Of a DNA stretch of 64,000 nucleotides, positions 28,260 through 40,630 are shown piece after piece. The notes under the pieces are model-generated. The model was not told the DNA's origin, searched no databases, and saw nothing but the letters and a program-made list of their open reading frames with translations. Location of the stretch: the NCBI RefSeq assembly GCF_009914755.1, contig NC_060944.1, one strand, 5' to 3'. Position numbers and translations under genes: made by a program. Numbering within the stretch: the stretch's first letter is position 1; each line of letters starts with the position of its first letter. Source of the DNA: the human T2T-CHM13v2.0 reference genome, Homo sapiens.

Positions 28260-29310
28260 AAACTTCATCATTAATCACGAAAATGCAAATTAATATCACA
28301 GTGAGATATTGTATATACCCAATAAACTGGTGAAAATTTAAAAATCTGACATTACCAAAAGTTGAGGATAAAGTGGGTCATTAGGGATATGAAACATACC
28401 CTATGACTCAGTGTATGTACACACAATTTATATGCATATATATACACATACTTACACATATGTGTGCATGTATATATTTATACATATTTATACATGTGCA
28501 TGCATGTATATGTGTGTATATCTACATGTCTATATGTATATGTATCTAAGTATAAAATTGAAGGTAAGATGACCCTGGACTAATCTTCCAACTAGCAGAG
28601 CACAAGCACTCCTGATAAGATGGCCTTATCAGAAGTGCTTGTTCTCTGCTAGTTGGAAGATTAAATTGACACCACCATTTAGAAAACAATTTCACACAAT
28701 CCTGTACAATTAGACATTACACTCCCTATAATCCAGAAAATCCACTTTTAGGGATATACCCTGCCAAAAGCCTAGCACAAGTTTACCAAGGGATCTGCAC
28801 AAGAATGATGATAGTAATATGTTAATAATGTCAACTTAAATGACCATCGATAGGAAAATAACTAGTGGTATAGTCCCACACTGGAATATTACACTGTGGT
28901 AAAAAATGAATGAACTACTGCTACATGCAGCAACATCTTGAAATCTTAGAAATATAAGCCTTAAAGATAAAAGAAAAATGCAAAAGACTACGTGCAGTAT
29001 GATACATTATGTTCAAAGCAAACATAACTTTAAACATATTATAGTGGATAATACCTGTTGGATAAAACTATACAATGAAACAGGACTACATTTAACACAG
29101 AATTTTAACAAGGTGTTTTCTCCTGGTGGGTGTGTAGACAAAACGATGTGATACAGGAAGAATATATAGGTCAAGGCAATGATATAGGTAACCTTCTATG
29201 TTTTAAATTGGGAGGTAGATAAATTGGTTTTTATTATAATGACAGAATACACACAAATGTGTGATACACATATTGCTGAGTATTTTTATATTTATAACAA
29301 AATAATATTA
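28260..29310 (+). mobile_element. L1ME 3' region (contains a simple repeat at 28410-28550 and the inverted repeat at 28581-28663)
   Basis: aaatgcaaattaatatcacagtgagata, ccctataatccagaaaatccacttttagggatataccc and aaaatgaatgaactactgctacatgcagcaaca. Confidence 0.75.
28581..28663. repeat. Near-perfect inverted repeat (39-bp arms, 5-nt spacer)
   Basis: taatcttccaactagcagagcacaagcactcctgataag / atggc / cttatcagaagtgcttgttctctgctagttggaagatta; 37 of 39 positions pair. Confidence 0.97.
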
Positions 29311-29559
29311 AAATATGATAGGAGGAAAGGTTTCTTTGGTAAGCCTTTAAAATTTTGTAACTTTCATGTTTTACACATGTATTGTAAATATGAATTTTTC
29401 TGCATGTCTCCTAATAAATTATGAGAGTTTCCAGGGCAAAAATCTTATTTCAGTCATGTTTACATCTTGCCTTAAAACAAAAGAATTTCTAGGCTCTATT
29501 ATGGACCAAATCTATGTTTGCTAACCAAAAAGAATTAATCAAAATAAATAAATAAATAA

Positions 29560-29942
<383 letters not shown>

Positions 29943-30977
29943 GTTTACTTATTTTTAACAGGAGAAAGATTACTGAACCAATTTTGACTAAGTTTATGGG
30001 GTGAGTTCGTCTCAACCAAATACTACAGAGGATTGAAATCTATATTAAGATAGTCACTGCAATTATTTTCATGTTAAGACCAGATATCAGAACATTTTTA
30101 AAACGAATATGTGGTGTTCTGTCAGTAATTAGCCATTGAATATGTCAAGTTAATCACCTAATTATGTCTTGCTGTAGAAAGACATACATGAGAAACTTAC
30201 AAGCCTGTTTTGTACAACGTTGTGTCTTAAACACTGTGTGTGATCCATCTGTCCTCTGAAATTACTTGGAGTCACCTCCCATCACCCGTCAGTGTTCTTT
30301 CAGGAATCATACAGATTAATAGAGTCCTCACTTCCGTGCTGTGCTCTGAACCTTTTTAACTTTAATTTAGTCCTGACAGTGGGGAACAAGGACAAGTATA
30401 TGCCCTCCAAGAACCCGAGAGCTCTCTACATTTTGTCTAGCTGAGGTAATAACCATGTTTATTGGCCTAGGCAATGTCTTTTAGGTCCCTTTTCCCATTA
30501 ACTTTGTAGTTGTGAACAGTTGTCTTGAGGTTAGGAGGAAAGGTGATTTAAGGAAAAAGAAGGAGCAGAGGGATGGAATGTGTACATAGCCCTTTCTTTC
30601 TGAATTATGTCTCCTTGTTTGGCATTCCTTCCTCTGGGTGTTTTGTTTCATTGGCTGTGGTTGAGCCCAGCCTTTATTGATCCCCCTGTCCCACCAGCAC
30701 TGTGTGATGTAAATGCAAATGTCTGGAGTCATCGGGGATGCTTCATAAAGTGTGGAGCAGACCTAGAGAAAGGTTATGAAAATGTACAATGCTTTTCCAT
30801 CGTTGTAGCTTCATGCAGACATTATATATCATGAAATGACCATATGTTTGAGTAACCATTTATATGGAAGATGAGAGAGTTTGAAAGTTCATTTTTTTGA
30901 TACAAAGTATTTTCTACTCAGTCGCAGCCTTTTCTATCTCAGTATATCATCATTTATCTTGCTTTGAATGAACTTGA

Positions 30978-31232
30978 GTACATATAGTTGTGTGTATATG
31001 TATATATATACACACACATGCAAACACATGCATACACACACACCTATATATACATCTGTATAGATGTATGTATATGTACATGTACACACAATATATATGC
31101 ATACATATATACATGCATACTCCTGTATGTGCATATGCATGTATACATGCATGTATATATTTATACATATGCATGTATATCTATATGTGTATATCTATAT
31201 GTGTATGTTTATAAGTATAAAATGTACGTATA
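30978..31232. repeat. TA/CA/TG purine-pyrimidine alternating low-complexity tract
   Basis: Seen directly; it generates the Y/C/H/M/I/V-rich spurious ORFs. Confidence 0.92.
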
Positions 31233-31980
31233 AAATTGCGGATAAGATGGACCTAGTATGCGACTATACCACTTGTGTTTCTTTTCCATATTGAAAATTG
31301 TCAATCTTTCCCCATTTCTGTAGAAAAAATGAATTTACACTCAAAAAAGTTGATTAGCCATGTTAATAGTAATAATGTTCAATATCTGGAAATTAGCTGA
31401 GTACATCGATATACAAATTAGTCAATACAAAAGTAGTATATGAAAAAGCCACTAAATAACATGGCCTCTTTGTTTATTGATAAAAAATTCCAAAAGGGAA
31501 GTGGAGAAAATGGAGAAAGGCAATTGAATGCCAAGTAATAATCGTTATAACCACTGAGGGGTGGCTGAGAGTGGATAGTATTGATTGGCAAAAGAAAGCT
31601 TTCTTGGGATTCTGAGGATATCAGTATCATTAATGCACAACCACTGAGAAGGATTTTAAAAGGTGAGGCATAGACATCACTGTTAGAAATAACAGCAGGG
31701 CATTTTTTCAGGAAGCTCTGGCCATTTGGTCAGTCAAGAGCTATTAATTTCAGTGAATTCTGCCTGCATAATATGTGCAGCCCCTAGAGAGGCCACCTTC
31801 AATTCTAAACCTCAACATTCATTTGCTGTCTTACCACCTTAGTAGATTTCTTTTTGGGTTTTTTTTTTTTTTTGCCAAAATCTTCACTGCATGATTTTGC
31901 AGGCTCACATGCTTCTTGTTTGCCATTTTAAATCACAGTCCCCATCAAATGCCCATTATCTTTAATAAGGTGAAGCAAGA

Positions 31981-32293
<313 letters not shown>

Positions 32294-32920
32294 TCAAGAA
32301 TATAAAGCTCTGCGTCTGCACCACAAGAGACAAGAGTAATTGGTAGAGTTTGTGTTATCCTTTAAAGAGTGCTTGTGACTAGCAGATGCTGAGAGAAAAA
32401 CCAACATATTTTTCTTGTTCCTCAAGCTACTCATTATTATCTTGATAATATTTCTAATATTTATTTTTTTAAACTGACATGCTTTAAAGTAAATATACTG
32501 AAAAAAACCTTATTCACTGACTGAACTAAGTATTCCATTTAGAAGTGTGGAATTGGGGCTTTTTTTTTTTTTCCTCAACATGTAATGAGTCAGTGTGGAA
32601 TATTGATTATTCATCTGAATATTTAAATCTTGTTTTGTTTTTGGTTTTGTTTGCATGTGGGTTTTCTTGGCTCAGAAAAATAAATAATTGCATGTAAAAA
32701 CCATTTATTCTTTAATTTCAGAAGTATTTATTCAGCATTTCTTCTATTCAAATCTCTGATGGTATTACATAGCACACAGGAATTCAAATGCAGCAGAGCA
32801 TCTAAAACATAACCAAACAGATGTGTGGGGCATGTGTTATGCTAATAGGAAAGGCTATGCACAGCATCACTTTAACCATAAACACGCTCCATTAAGATTA
32901 TAGACATAGACAGGTAGGTA

Positions 32921-32966
32921 TTAGGTTGGTGCAAAAGTAATTGCAATTACTTTTGAACCAACTTAT
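32921..32966. mobile_element. Internally deleted MADE1 (Hsmar1 mariner MITE)
   Basis: ttaggttggtgcaaaagtaattgc|aattacttttgaaccaactta: both Hsmar1 TIR ends, centre missing, inserted at TA. Confidence 0.9.
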
Positions 32967-33399
32967 AGGTAGGTAGATAGACAGACAGACTAGATTCATT
33001 CATTCATTTATTCATTCATTTTTCTGAAGAAGTAGCAAAAGAGAGACTGCAAAACTTTCTAAAATCCTCTAGAGGCAAAGCCAACACATTATAGCACCTG
33101 TACTTCCCATGCTGCATCACACACCAAATGTCTTTTCTTGCTGGAGTGGCCCCATGTCTTTCTGCTGGAATTCAGTTTAGACTCTCTTAGTCTGTTCTCT
33201 CTATCCATTATCCTGACCAACATATAAAGGTGTATAAGCCAAGCTGCCCAATAATTATGCTGTAAAACAGTGGTTTTGAGTACTTTCTTTCTTTGTGTTT
33301 TTGATGAATGCACAATAAAATCTACATTTTTGTCATTTTGCCTTGGAATACAAGTAACCATCTCACACACACACACACGTAGACACACACACAACTTTC

Positions 33400-33820
33400 A
33401 GGCCCAGGCACTCTCCCATTCTCAATCAACAGTCTTGCCTCAAGGGCATATCATTCAATCTCATGGATGGAAACATACCTGCTGTCCACTCCCAAATTCA
33501 CGTCACTGTTTCTTCCATATGCCCCTTTTGAGTTTAAGGCTGTCTGTCTGACATTTCCACTTACATGTTTCTCATGCACCCTGATTTCTCAACTGCAACT
33601 GAATTCTTAATTTTCATATACCTCCAAAACGGCTGTTCCTCAATCTTTCCTTTTTAGTAAATTCGTTAGCTATCAACTTAGTTGCCCAAACTGGATGTCA
33701 AGGAGTCTCTCTGGGTACCCCTTAGGTTCTCATCTTCTATGCAATCTATCACCACCACGTCCTGTTGATTTAATGTCCAAAATACATCTAAAATCCACCC
33801 ACTTCTCTCCATTTTCACTT
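33400..33820 (+). mobile_element. L2 fragment
   Basis: tgacatttccacttacatgtttctca...actgaattcttaattttc and ccaaaatacatctaaaatccacccacttctctcc. Confidence 0.6.
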
Positions 33821-33896
33821 TTTCTCAAGGCTCAAGGACTTACTCTTGCTTAACTTGGCTCACTGCTCCTCAGGGCGCAGCTATAATGTTGCCTTA

Positions 33897-34402
33897 TGTA
33901 TCAGCTATCTCTTGTCACAATAATGTTGTGTAGCAACAACAAAACCTCACTGGCATAAAACACAACAGTAGGCATTTGTCACATTTGAGTGGGTGGGGTT
34001 CACCTTGATGACTCTACTGACCTTGGCTGAGCTCACTCACATGTCTGGGGATCATCGAGCTGCTGGCTGACTTAGGATGGCTTCAGCTAAGAAGACTGGG
34101 ATGACTCAGTTCTGCTCCATGTGTCTCATCCTCCCATAGGCTAGCTAGGGAATGTTCTCGTGGGAATGACAGAGGCACAACAGCACAAGTAGAGATATCA
34201 AGTACGAGTATTTGTTCAATGCTCTGGTGTGTTACATCTTCTAATATTCCATTGGCGGAAACAAATCACATTTCTTAGCTTGTGATCAAGGGGCAGAGAA
34301 TTAGACTTTGCTTCCTGAATGGAGATCTGTTAGTTCCATAATAAGGACGGGGATATAGAGAGGATGATGAATTAGGATGATTAAAGCCATAAATCCACCA
34401 CG
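33897..34402 (-). mobile_element. MaLR solo LTR (MLT1H-like)
   Basis: tgtatcagctatc...aataatgttgtgtagcaac, ttctgctccatgtgtctcatcctcc...ggctagc, ending aatccaccac. Confidence 0.78.
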
Positions 34403-34509
34403 CTAGGTCAGAAAGGCCTTTCTCCCCAAATTAGAGTCTCACCTCTCTCCCATTTATACTCTCTCACAGCACCCTTTCTATGACTCCATAGCCATTTGTT
34501 TGGAAGTGG

Positions 34510-34637
34510 TTTTTTTTTATTATTATTATACTTTAAGTTTTAGGGTACATGTGCACAATGTGCAGGTTTGTTACATACGTATACATGTGCCATGTTGGTG
34601 TGCTGCACCCATTAACTCGTCATTTAGCATTAGGTAT
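34510..34637 (-). mobile_element. Very short young L1PA 3' end inserted in an L2
   Basis: ttattattatactttaagttttagggtacatgtgcacaatgtgcagg...catttagcattaggtat; L2 3'-end words flank it (34440-34775). Confidence 0.93.
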
Positions 34638-35834
34638 GTTATTTTTAAAGAACTATGTACTACCCAAACTTGTAAGCCTCATGAGAGCCCAGAGAAAGGA
34701 GCTCCCTTTTGTTTATTCACTCACAGAGCCTAGCACAATGCCTGGTACATTGTTAAGTGTTCAGTAAATGTGGAGTGGAAGACAGGAATGGATTGGCAGT
34801 GGAATTCTCAAGGTGCAGATGATATATCCTCACTATAGCCCCAGGCTAGAGTGCTGCTTACACCTGCAGGTAAAGATAAGGACTTCAGCTAATAAATTGG
34901 CCCTCCTACTACAAGGCCTCTGGTTTCATTGAGCCTTTTGGGAAATGTACCAGTTCCCGAGGCTGTGATTGTGATGTACTTCTCACCCTGGACCAGAGTC
35001 AGGGCAGGAGTCAGTTCTACAATGCTGCATTACGGAGAGCCTTGCCTGCCTATTTCTGCTGGTTACAATTCCATTATTACAGGACCCAGTCAAAGCAGCT
35101 GGAGAAACTCTACTGTATCCCTGAAAATTCAGCTGTCCTTTGAGGAGTGTAACCTAAGACAATGTGTACTCTGGTAATGCCATGTTCTGCAATATCTTCC
35201 ATGCCAAGGTTGGCATTTTTGTTAGTAATACTTTCTTATAGTGCAAAGAAAAGAAGCTGCTTTTAAAGAGCTGAATTTGGCACCTCATAATTTAATAGTC
35301 AAATCATTTGCTGTCTATTTTCAAGGGTTTTCAGGGGAATTTAAGAACCAGGAAGGACTGAAAGATCCATAATACTTTCTTTTTCTAGCAAATTATTAAT
35401 GCAAACAGCATTAGTACAATTGAATACAATTGCAAGGAATCAAGGGGATTATAAATCCAATGAGAGAAAAGGCAGCCAGAATGCTAAGAGAGCCACCACC
35501 CACTGCTCCACCATGACCCGCCATTCCACGTCCCATGCTATCCTCCACACACTAGACACATGCAACTCCTGCTGCCACTGGGTTGTGATCCCCATTGTCC
35601 TTCTGGTCATGCTGTTTCTACCGTCTGGAATACCCTCCCCCACCTTTCCTGACAGCCCAGGCTCTACTCAACATCTAGGCACTAGGTATAAATTTAAAAT
35701 GTGCAAATGCTTTGACCCAGTACATTTGCTTTGAAGGATTTATCCTCGGGAAATAATTGGAGTTGTGCCTTGAGTTTGCACGGCAATATGCCAGGACATT
35801 TGCAGTATTTACGTCATCTCCAGGAGTTAGGATC

Positions 35835-36075
35835 TGGTGGTCAAGAATGTGGCTTTGGCATCAGACTGCCTTGATTCAAGTCTTGCCTTCACCATTTGCT
35901 GGTTCTGTGACTTTGGACAAATCATTTAATCCTTTTGCCTCAACTGCTTCATACCTAAGATAGAATTGATATCGGCAACTAACTCCTAGGTTTACTGGGA
36001 AGAGTAAAAGTGTCAGTAAATGTGAAATACTTTGAACAGTGCATGGTGCTCAGTAAGAACTCAGTACATGTAAGC
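35835..36075 (+). mobile_element. MIR
   Basis: ggtggtcaagaatgtggctttggcatcagactgccttgattcaagtcttgcc...ctgtgactttggacaaatcatttaa. Confidence 0.8.
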
Positions 36076-38659
36076 ACCTATGCTTTCAAATGGACTCTCA
36101 TTCGTTGAGAATTTTTCTTCATTTTCTTGCTGTAGTTGCTATTAGTGGAACGGTTAGAACCTTCTCTTTGTATTCTTTGCAAGCTTTAACCTACTGTTTT
36201 AGATATATTTGATCTTCAGTGAACAGTTGTTAGTATGTCAAGAAAAGTAATGAAGGTTCTTAAACTAAACTTAATTTTTTATGGAGGAACACAAGGCAAT
36301 TTGCTAATTCGGGGATCTACTTCTCTTTCATGATAGCATCTGCAGATGTCATGACAGTTTTTCAAGACCCTGGCAACTTGATAATGTGGCCCAAATAGGG
36401 GGCCAATTTCATTCTGCTATGAGTCCAATTTAAACAGGCTCGATTGCGTCAAAATTAGACTTTTAATTATACTTTATCTAATGTCAGGAATCAGTGTTGT
36501 GCTTTAGCTATTTAAAACTTTGGCTTTCAATTAGAAATTTGATAGCAATGCATTGAATGCATCTCTTCATCATGTTTTCAGAATTTAAATATCTAACTTT
36601 TTTCTTCTTTGATTAAAGAGGATTCCAATCATTGCTGCTTGTATACAATGTAAGTTACATACGCTAATGCCTCTTCAGTTTTTTAATTTTTTTAATTTTA
36701 TTTTTTAACATACCCCTTCATTTATCTATATACAAATTGTGTCAGAAGACAAAATTATTTCTGTGTTTTTCAAATAAAAAATAGGGTCCCTTTTATTTTT
36801 CAAGGAATGATCTTCTTTATTAAATATTATATTATACCACAATATAACATCTAGACATTGGGAGGGATCTTTGAAGATGGTGGAAGACAGTCTTGATATA
36901 ATAAGATTGAAGATGAAAATAGGCTAATAGAATTGCAACCGATTATACTGGGTGTACCCACTGCTATGCTGTGAGGTAGGGATCAATGACAAAGCTTTGT
37001 GTACTTCCAGAGATTGGAAATATCTATACAAAGAGAGGTAAGGAGTAGCCTTTCCTTGTAAAAGTAGAATTGATTCCATATTATATATCCTCTGTATGTC
37101 CCCGAAATAGAAGGTCTGCTCCCATGAGCAGCTTCTCAGAACATAAGAAGAGCATCTGGGCTGAAAAAATGTTTCTTGTTTCCTCCTTGTTACCTATTCT
37201 TTGTATAGATCCGGGGTTTCAACGTAAAGGTCATGATTTTATCTCCTCAGTCATTTGTTGCTGGGCACAATTTGCCTTTATGGCAAGTGTTGTTGCTAGT
37301 TCTTAAAACTACCAGAAGAGATACTTACCCTCCTGAGCAGACAGAAGCTCAGGAGTGCCACAAAGATGAATATAGATTTTAAAAGAAATTTAGGTAAGAA
37401 ACTAGGGAAGTGATAAATCATGGCCCCCTGTTAAACAGAAAACTCATTAACTGGAATACTGCGTTCTAGTTAAGTGACATTTTACTATCCTTTTTTGTAC
37501 ATAGAGCATTACTTCTTTAATAAAAGGATTACAGAAGCACAATATAAAGAGGGTAATTTAAAAATCTCTAAACAGTGAAAATACTACTTTTTACGCTTTG
37601 AAATGGCTTTTTATGTCCAGTCCGAGTGACACTTTTCTTCCTTAGTAAAATCAGCAGGCACTTCCAGGTGGCTGAAATCCACCCTGTGCATTGTTGCTGA
37701 GAACATTTATAGCACATTGTTCAGATTAGAATAGCTGAGAACGACAGGGGGCTCTTCAAATGTGCCTCATCGAGTCCCAAATTGGAGATGTGTTTTTGTC
37801 ATTTCAAAGTTTTGGCAGTAGGGTCTAGGATTCAAAGCAAACACCAGCTCCTGCAGAACACAAGCCTTAATTAATTTCCAGCAGGAAATGAGTGATTGCC
37901 AATAAGCCATGAATTAAAATGGAATGGTTCACCAAAAACCAGGTCCTCATCTCAAATGAATAGCATTTCTTGCTGTTTTCTTGAAAGATCATCTCAGACT
38001 AAGAAGTGAGCAAGCTCCTATGACAGCTCTCTGTCTGTAAGGGGGTAGTTGGTATGGACAAACACCAAACAGTAAGTCCTGGCCCAGTAAAAAATGGGGA
38101 CCAAATCTGATGGACTCAAGGGCATTTTGTCAGTATCTCTATCATGTAGCCTGCAATTTTTATGGAGAATCTGTCTATTTTTCTGGCTTCATTATTTATC
38201 ATGTTGTCATTAAGATTCAGTCTTGAGAAGGTCCTTAAAGGTCAGCTGTTTTCATCATTCAGTCAGTGCTTACAGTACACTGGGGCTACTTCTGCCAAAG
38301 GGGTGTCCAGTTGCTGCTTGAACTCCTCTTGTGGCCAGAAACTACCCCCTTCTAAGAGAAGCCTGTTTCATCTCTGAGCAGCTCAGCCAGTTTTCATTTT
38401 TTCTTAAAATTGAGCAAAAACGAATCCCCTGTTGCTTAAATCCATTGAGCCTGGTTTATCCCTGAGGGCCAAACACAATGAATCAAAAACCTTCTTCTGC
38501 TTGATAGCTCTTTAATAAAAGGGGAAGGCAGGTCTCACACTCCCCCTGAGGGGCCTCTTCTGTGGACAAACATCTCTGAGCTTTTCCTATCTTCTTTGAG
38601 AGTGCTTTGTGTGTGTGTGTGTGGGTGTGTCCACTTGCTCTTATGTAAATTCTAATTAC

Positions 38660-38870
38660 TATTGTAATAATAAATAGCCAATACATACAGAATGCTTCCA
38701 GTGGGCCAGGCAGTGTTCTAAGTGCTCCCATAATCCTCACAACAACTGTATGAACTGGTTACTAGGATTATCCCATTTTACAGAGAAAAAATGAGGCACA
38801 GAGAGATTAAGAAACTTGCTCACCAGGATCTGAATCCACTATTCCACACTCTTAACCCCAGCACTATAAA
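38660..38870 (-). mobile_element. MIR
   Basis: gccaggcagtgttctaagtgct...taatcctcacaacaac...cccattttacagagaaaaaatgaggcacagagagattaag. Confidence 0.75.
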
Positions 38871-39070
38871 GTTTCTCATGTCCTCATTTGTCTATTTCAG
38901 CCATACCTGTCCTGGAGACAAGAGCCATTGCTAGTTTTCTATGGGGAACTGACATTGCTATCATCTACTCCACACTGGCTATATGCTAGGAACTATAGAT
39001 TAGTTGGTCTGATTAATCCTTTGAACAGTCAGCAATCATTGTTTTTGAGGATGTGTTGTTGTTATTGTTG

Positions 39071-39378
39071 TTTGGTCCAGCACTTCCCCATACTATCCCC
39101 ATTAATCATTAATTATGTTGTTAATTAAGAACACCTGTACTTAACTCGTGGCCATTTATTCCTTTTCTAGAACTATTTATTGTCTATATTTTAGAGAACC
39201 TTAAATATGAAAATGGTTAATCCAGAATTTTTTGCTTGGGCCAAGCAAGCAAAATGCATTGCTGCTTTATGAAGAAGACCTTCTTTTGGTAAGAAGACAG
39301 TTTTTCATATTTTCATAGCCAGCAATTAAAACCACATGAGACAGGAAAACCTTCAAATTCTTTCTGAGCAAAATACTC
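39071..39378 (+). repeat. Local direct duplication, copy 1 (paralogous to 41544-42177)
   Basis: Colinear match by eye with copy 2 over ~310 bp, e.g. attaatcattaattatgttgtta, tttattccttttctag and atagccagcaattaaaaccacatgaga. Confidence 0.93.
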
Positions 39379-39596
39379 TTCCTAGTGAGAAATGTGCTCA
39401 AAGTGGTTAAAGATAATGGGAAGCAGCAGAATTAGGATTTGAACTCGTGTGCTTCTGGGCCAAAACCATGGAGTTCCCATTTTGCAAACACACCTTGGGG
39501 TCTGTAACCAGGTGCGGCTCCCTGCAGGTGCCAACCACCTGTGGTAAAGGCATGATGAGTCCACTTCCTGTAAGGCTCAGCCCTGCTAGTCGCGAC

Positions 39597-39615
39597 TAGC
39601 GCCCTCTAGTGGTCC
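39597..39615 (-). promoter_or_regulatory. Probable CTCF binding site
   Basis: Minus strand reads GGACCACTAGAGGGCGCTA, close to the CTCF consensus (T/C)GGCCACCAGGGGGCGCTA, in a locally CpG-retaining segment. Confidence 0.75.
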
Positions 39616-40419
39616 AAGAGAAAGGGTAAGGTGAGTTCCGGTTTATGATTTGACTTGAGGCATTCGGAGGCTAAACATCCACAAGGTTAGTTCCCTGAAC
39701 CCCTATAAACCTTGCTATTTATATCTCTTCCTCAACTCTGAGGCCCTCACCCTACATCGGCTGCAGTACAGATTCAGCCTTTAGCGACGGAATTATGTAC
39801 TGAAACACTCATTTCTGTGCCGCTGCAGTGGTTAGCTTTGATTTTTATAGAGATGCACATGAGAAAACAGTCTGAGCCTGGAGAGTGACTTGTGGGCTGC
39901 TAAGGTAAATTGAACCCATGTGTGTGGTATCCTCATGATTGGGAGCAGCAGCAGATGGTGGGCTAGGATGCCTCCAGAAATGGGCTTCGGAAGCATAAAA
40001 TAAGGACTTGTTCTCTTACATCTGCCTCTGTTGGGGTGTTTAAAGAATTGTTGGGATTAATGCATTTTTCATTTGAAGTTTAAACACTCTCAGAGGATGT
40101 TTAGCCGATGGACTATTCTCATTATAGAATGAATTGCTTCACTGGGTTGCACTTTGCAAAGATTGGCTGCAGGGAGTAAGTGATTTGTTGGAAAAGAAGG
40201 AGCAAAAAAGGGTGGAAAGAGCAAAGACTCAGTGTCTCAGACAAGTCTTCAACTTTTCCTCTCCATCCAAAATGAATTCATTATGACTGAGAGGTTCCAG
40301 TTGGACTCCTGGAGACATTTAGAAGTGCCCCAGAAATGCCACCTGCAGGTCAGTGGTCATGTCAAACTAGAATCTTCTGCACAAGTCAAATATAAGAAGG
40401 AAACTTGTTTCATTTGAGT

Positions 40420-40630
40420 CAGATTTACTTAAGTTTTGGATTGACTCCTAGATCGGCTTCTCACTTTGGGCAAGCTCCTTAATGTCTGCAATCCTTGTTA
40501 TTTTCATCTGTAAAGTGGAGCTTGTGATGCTTACTTTGTGAGATGTCTTTGGAATCAAGCGAAGTAATGTCTGTAATGCGAATAGCCTAGTGCAGGCATA
40601 CAACAGATGCCCCATCTAATGGGATTATAT
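40420..40630 (+). mobile_element. MIR
   Basis: gagtcagatttact...actttgggcaagctccttaa...ttttcatctgtaaagtgg. Confidence 0.65.

Noticed and set aside
30934-31294. Five stacked ORFs on both strands
   Set aside because: Produced by the stop-poor TA/CA dinucleotide tract.
32921-32966. Possible miR-548 family gene
   Set aside because: Only ~46 bp remain, too short for a Drosha/Dicer precursor.
39552-39700. Box C-like ATGATGA suggesting a C/D snoRNA (also near 4630 and 43550)
   Set aside because: No suitably spaced CTGA box D with a terminal stem.
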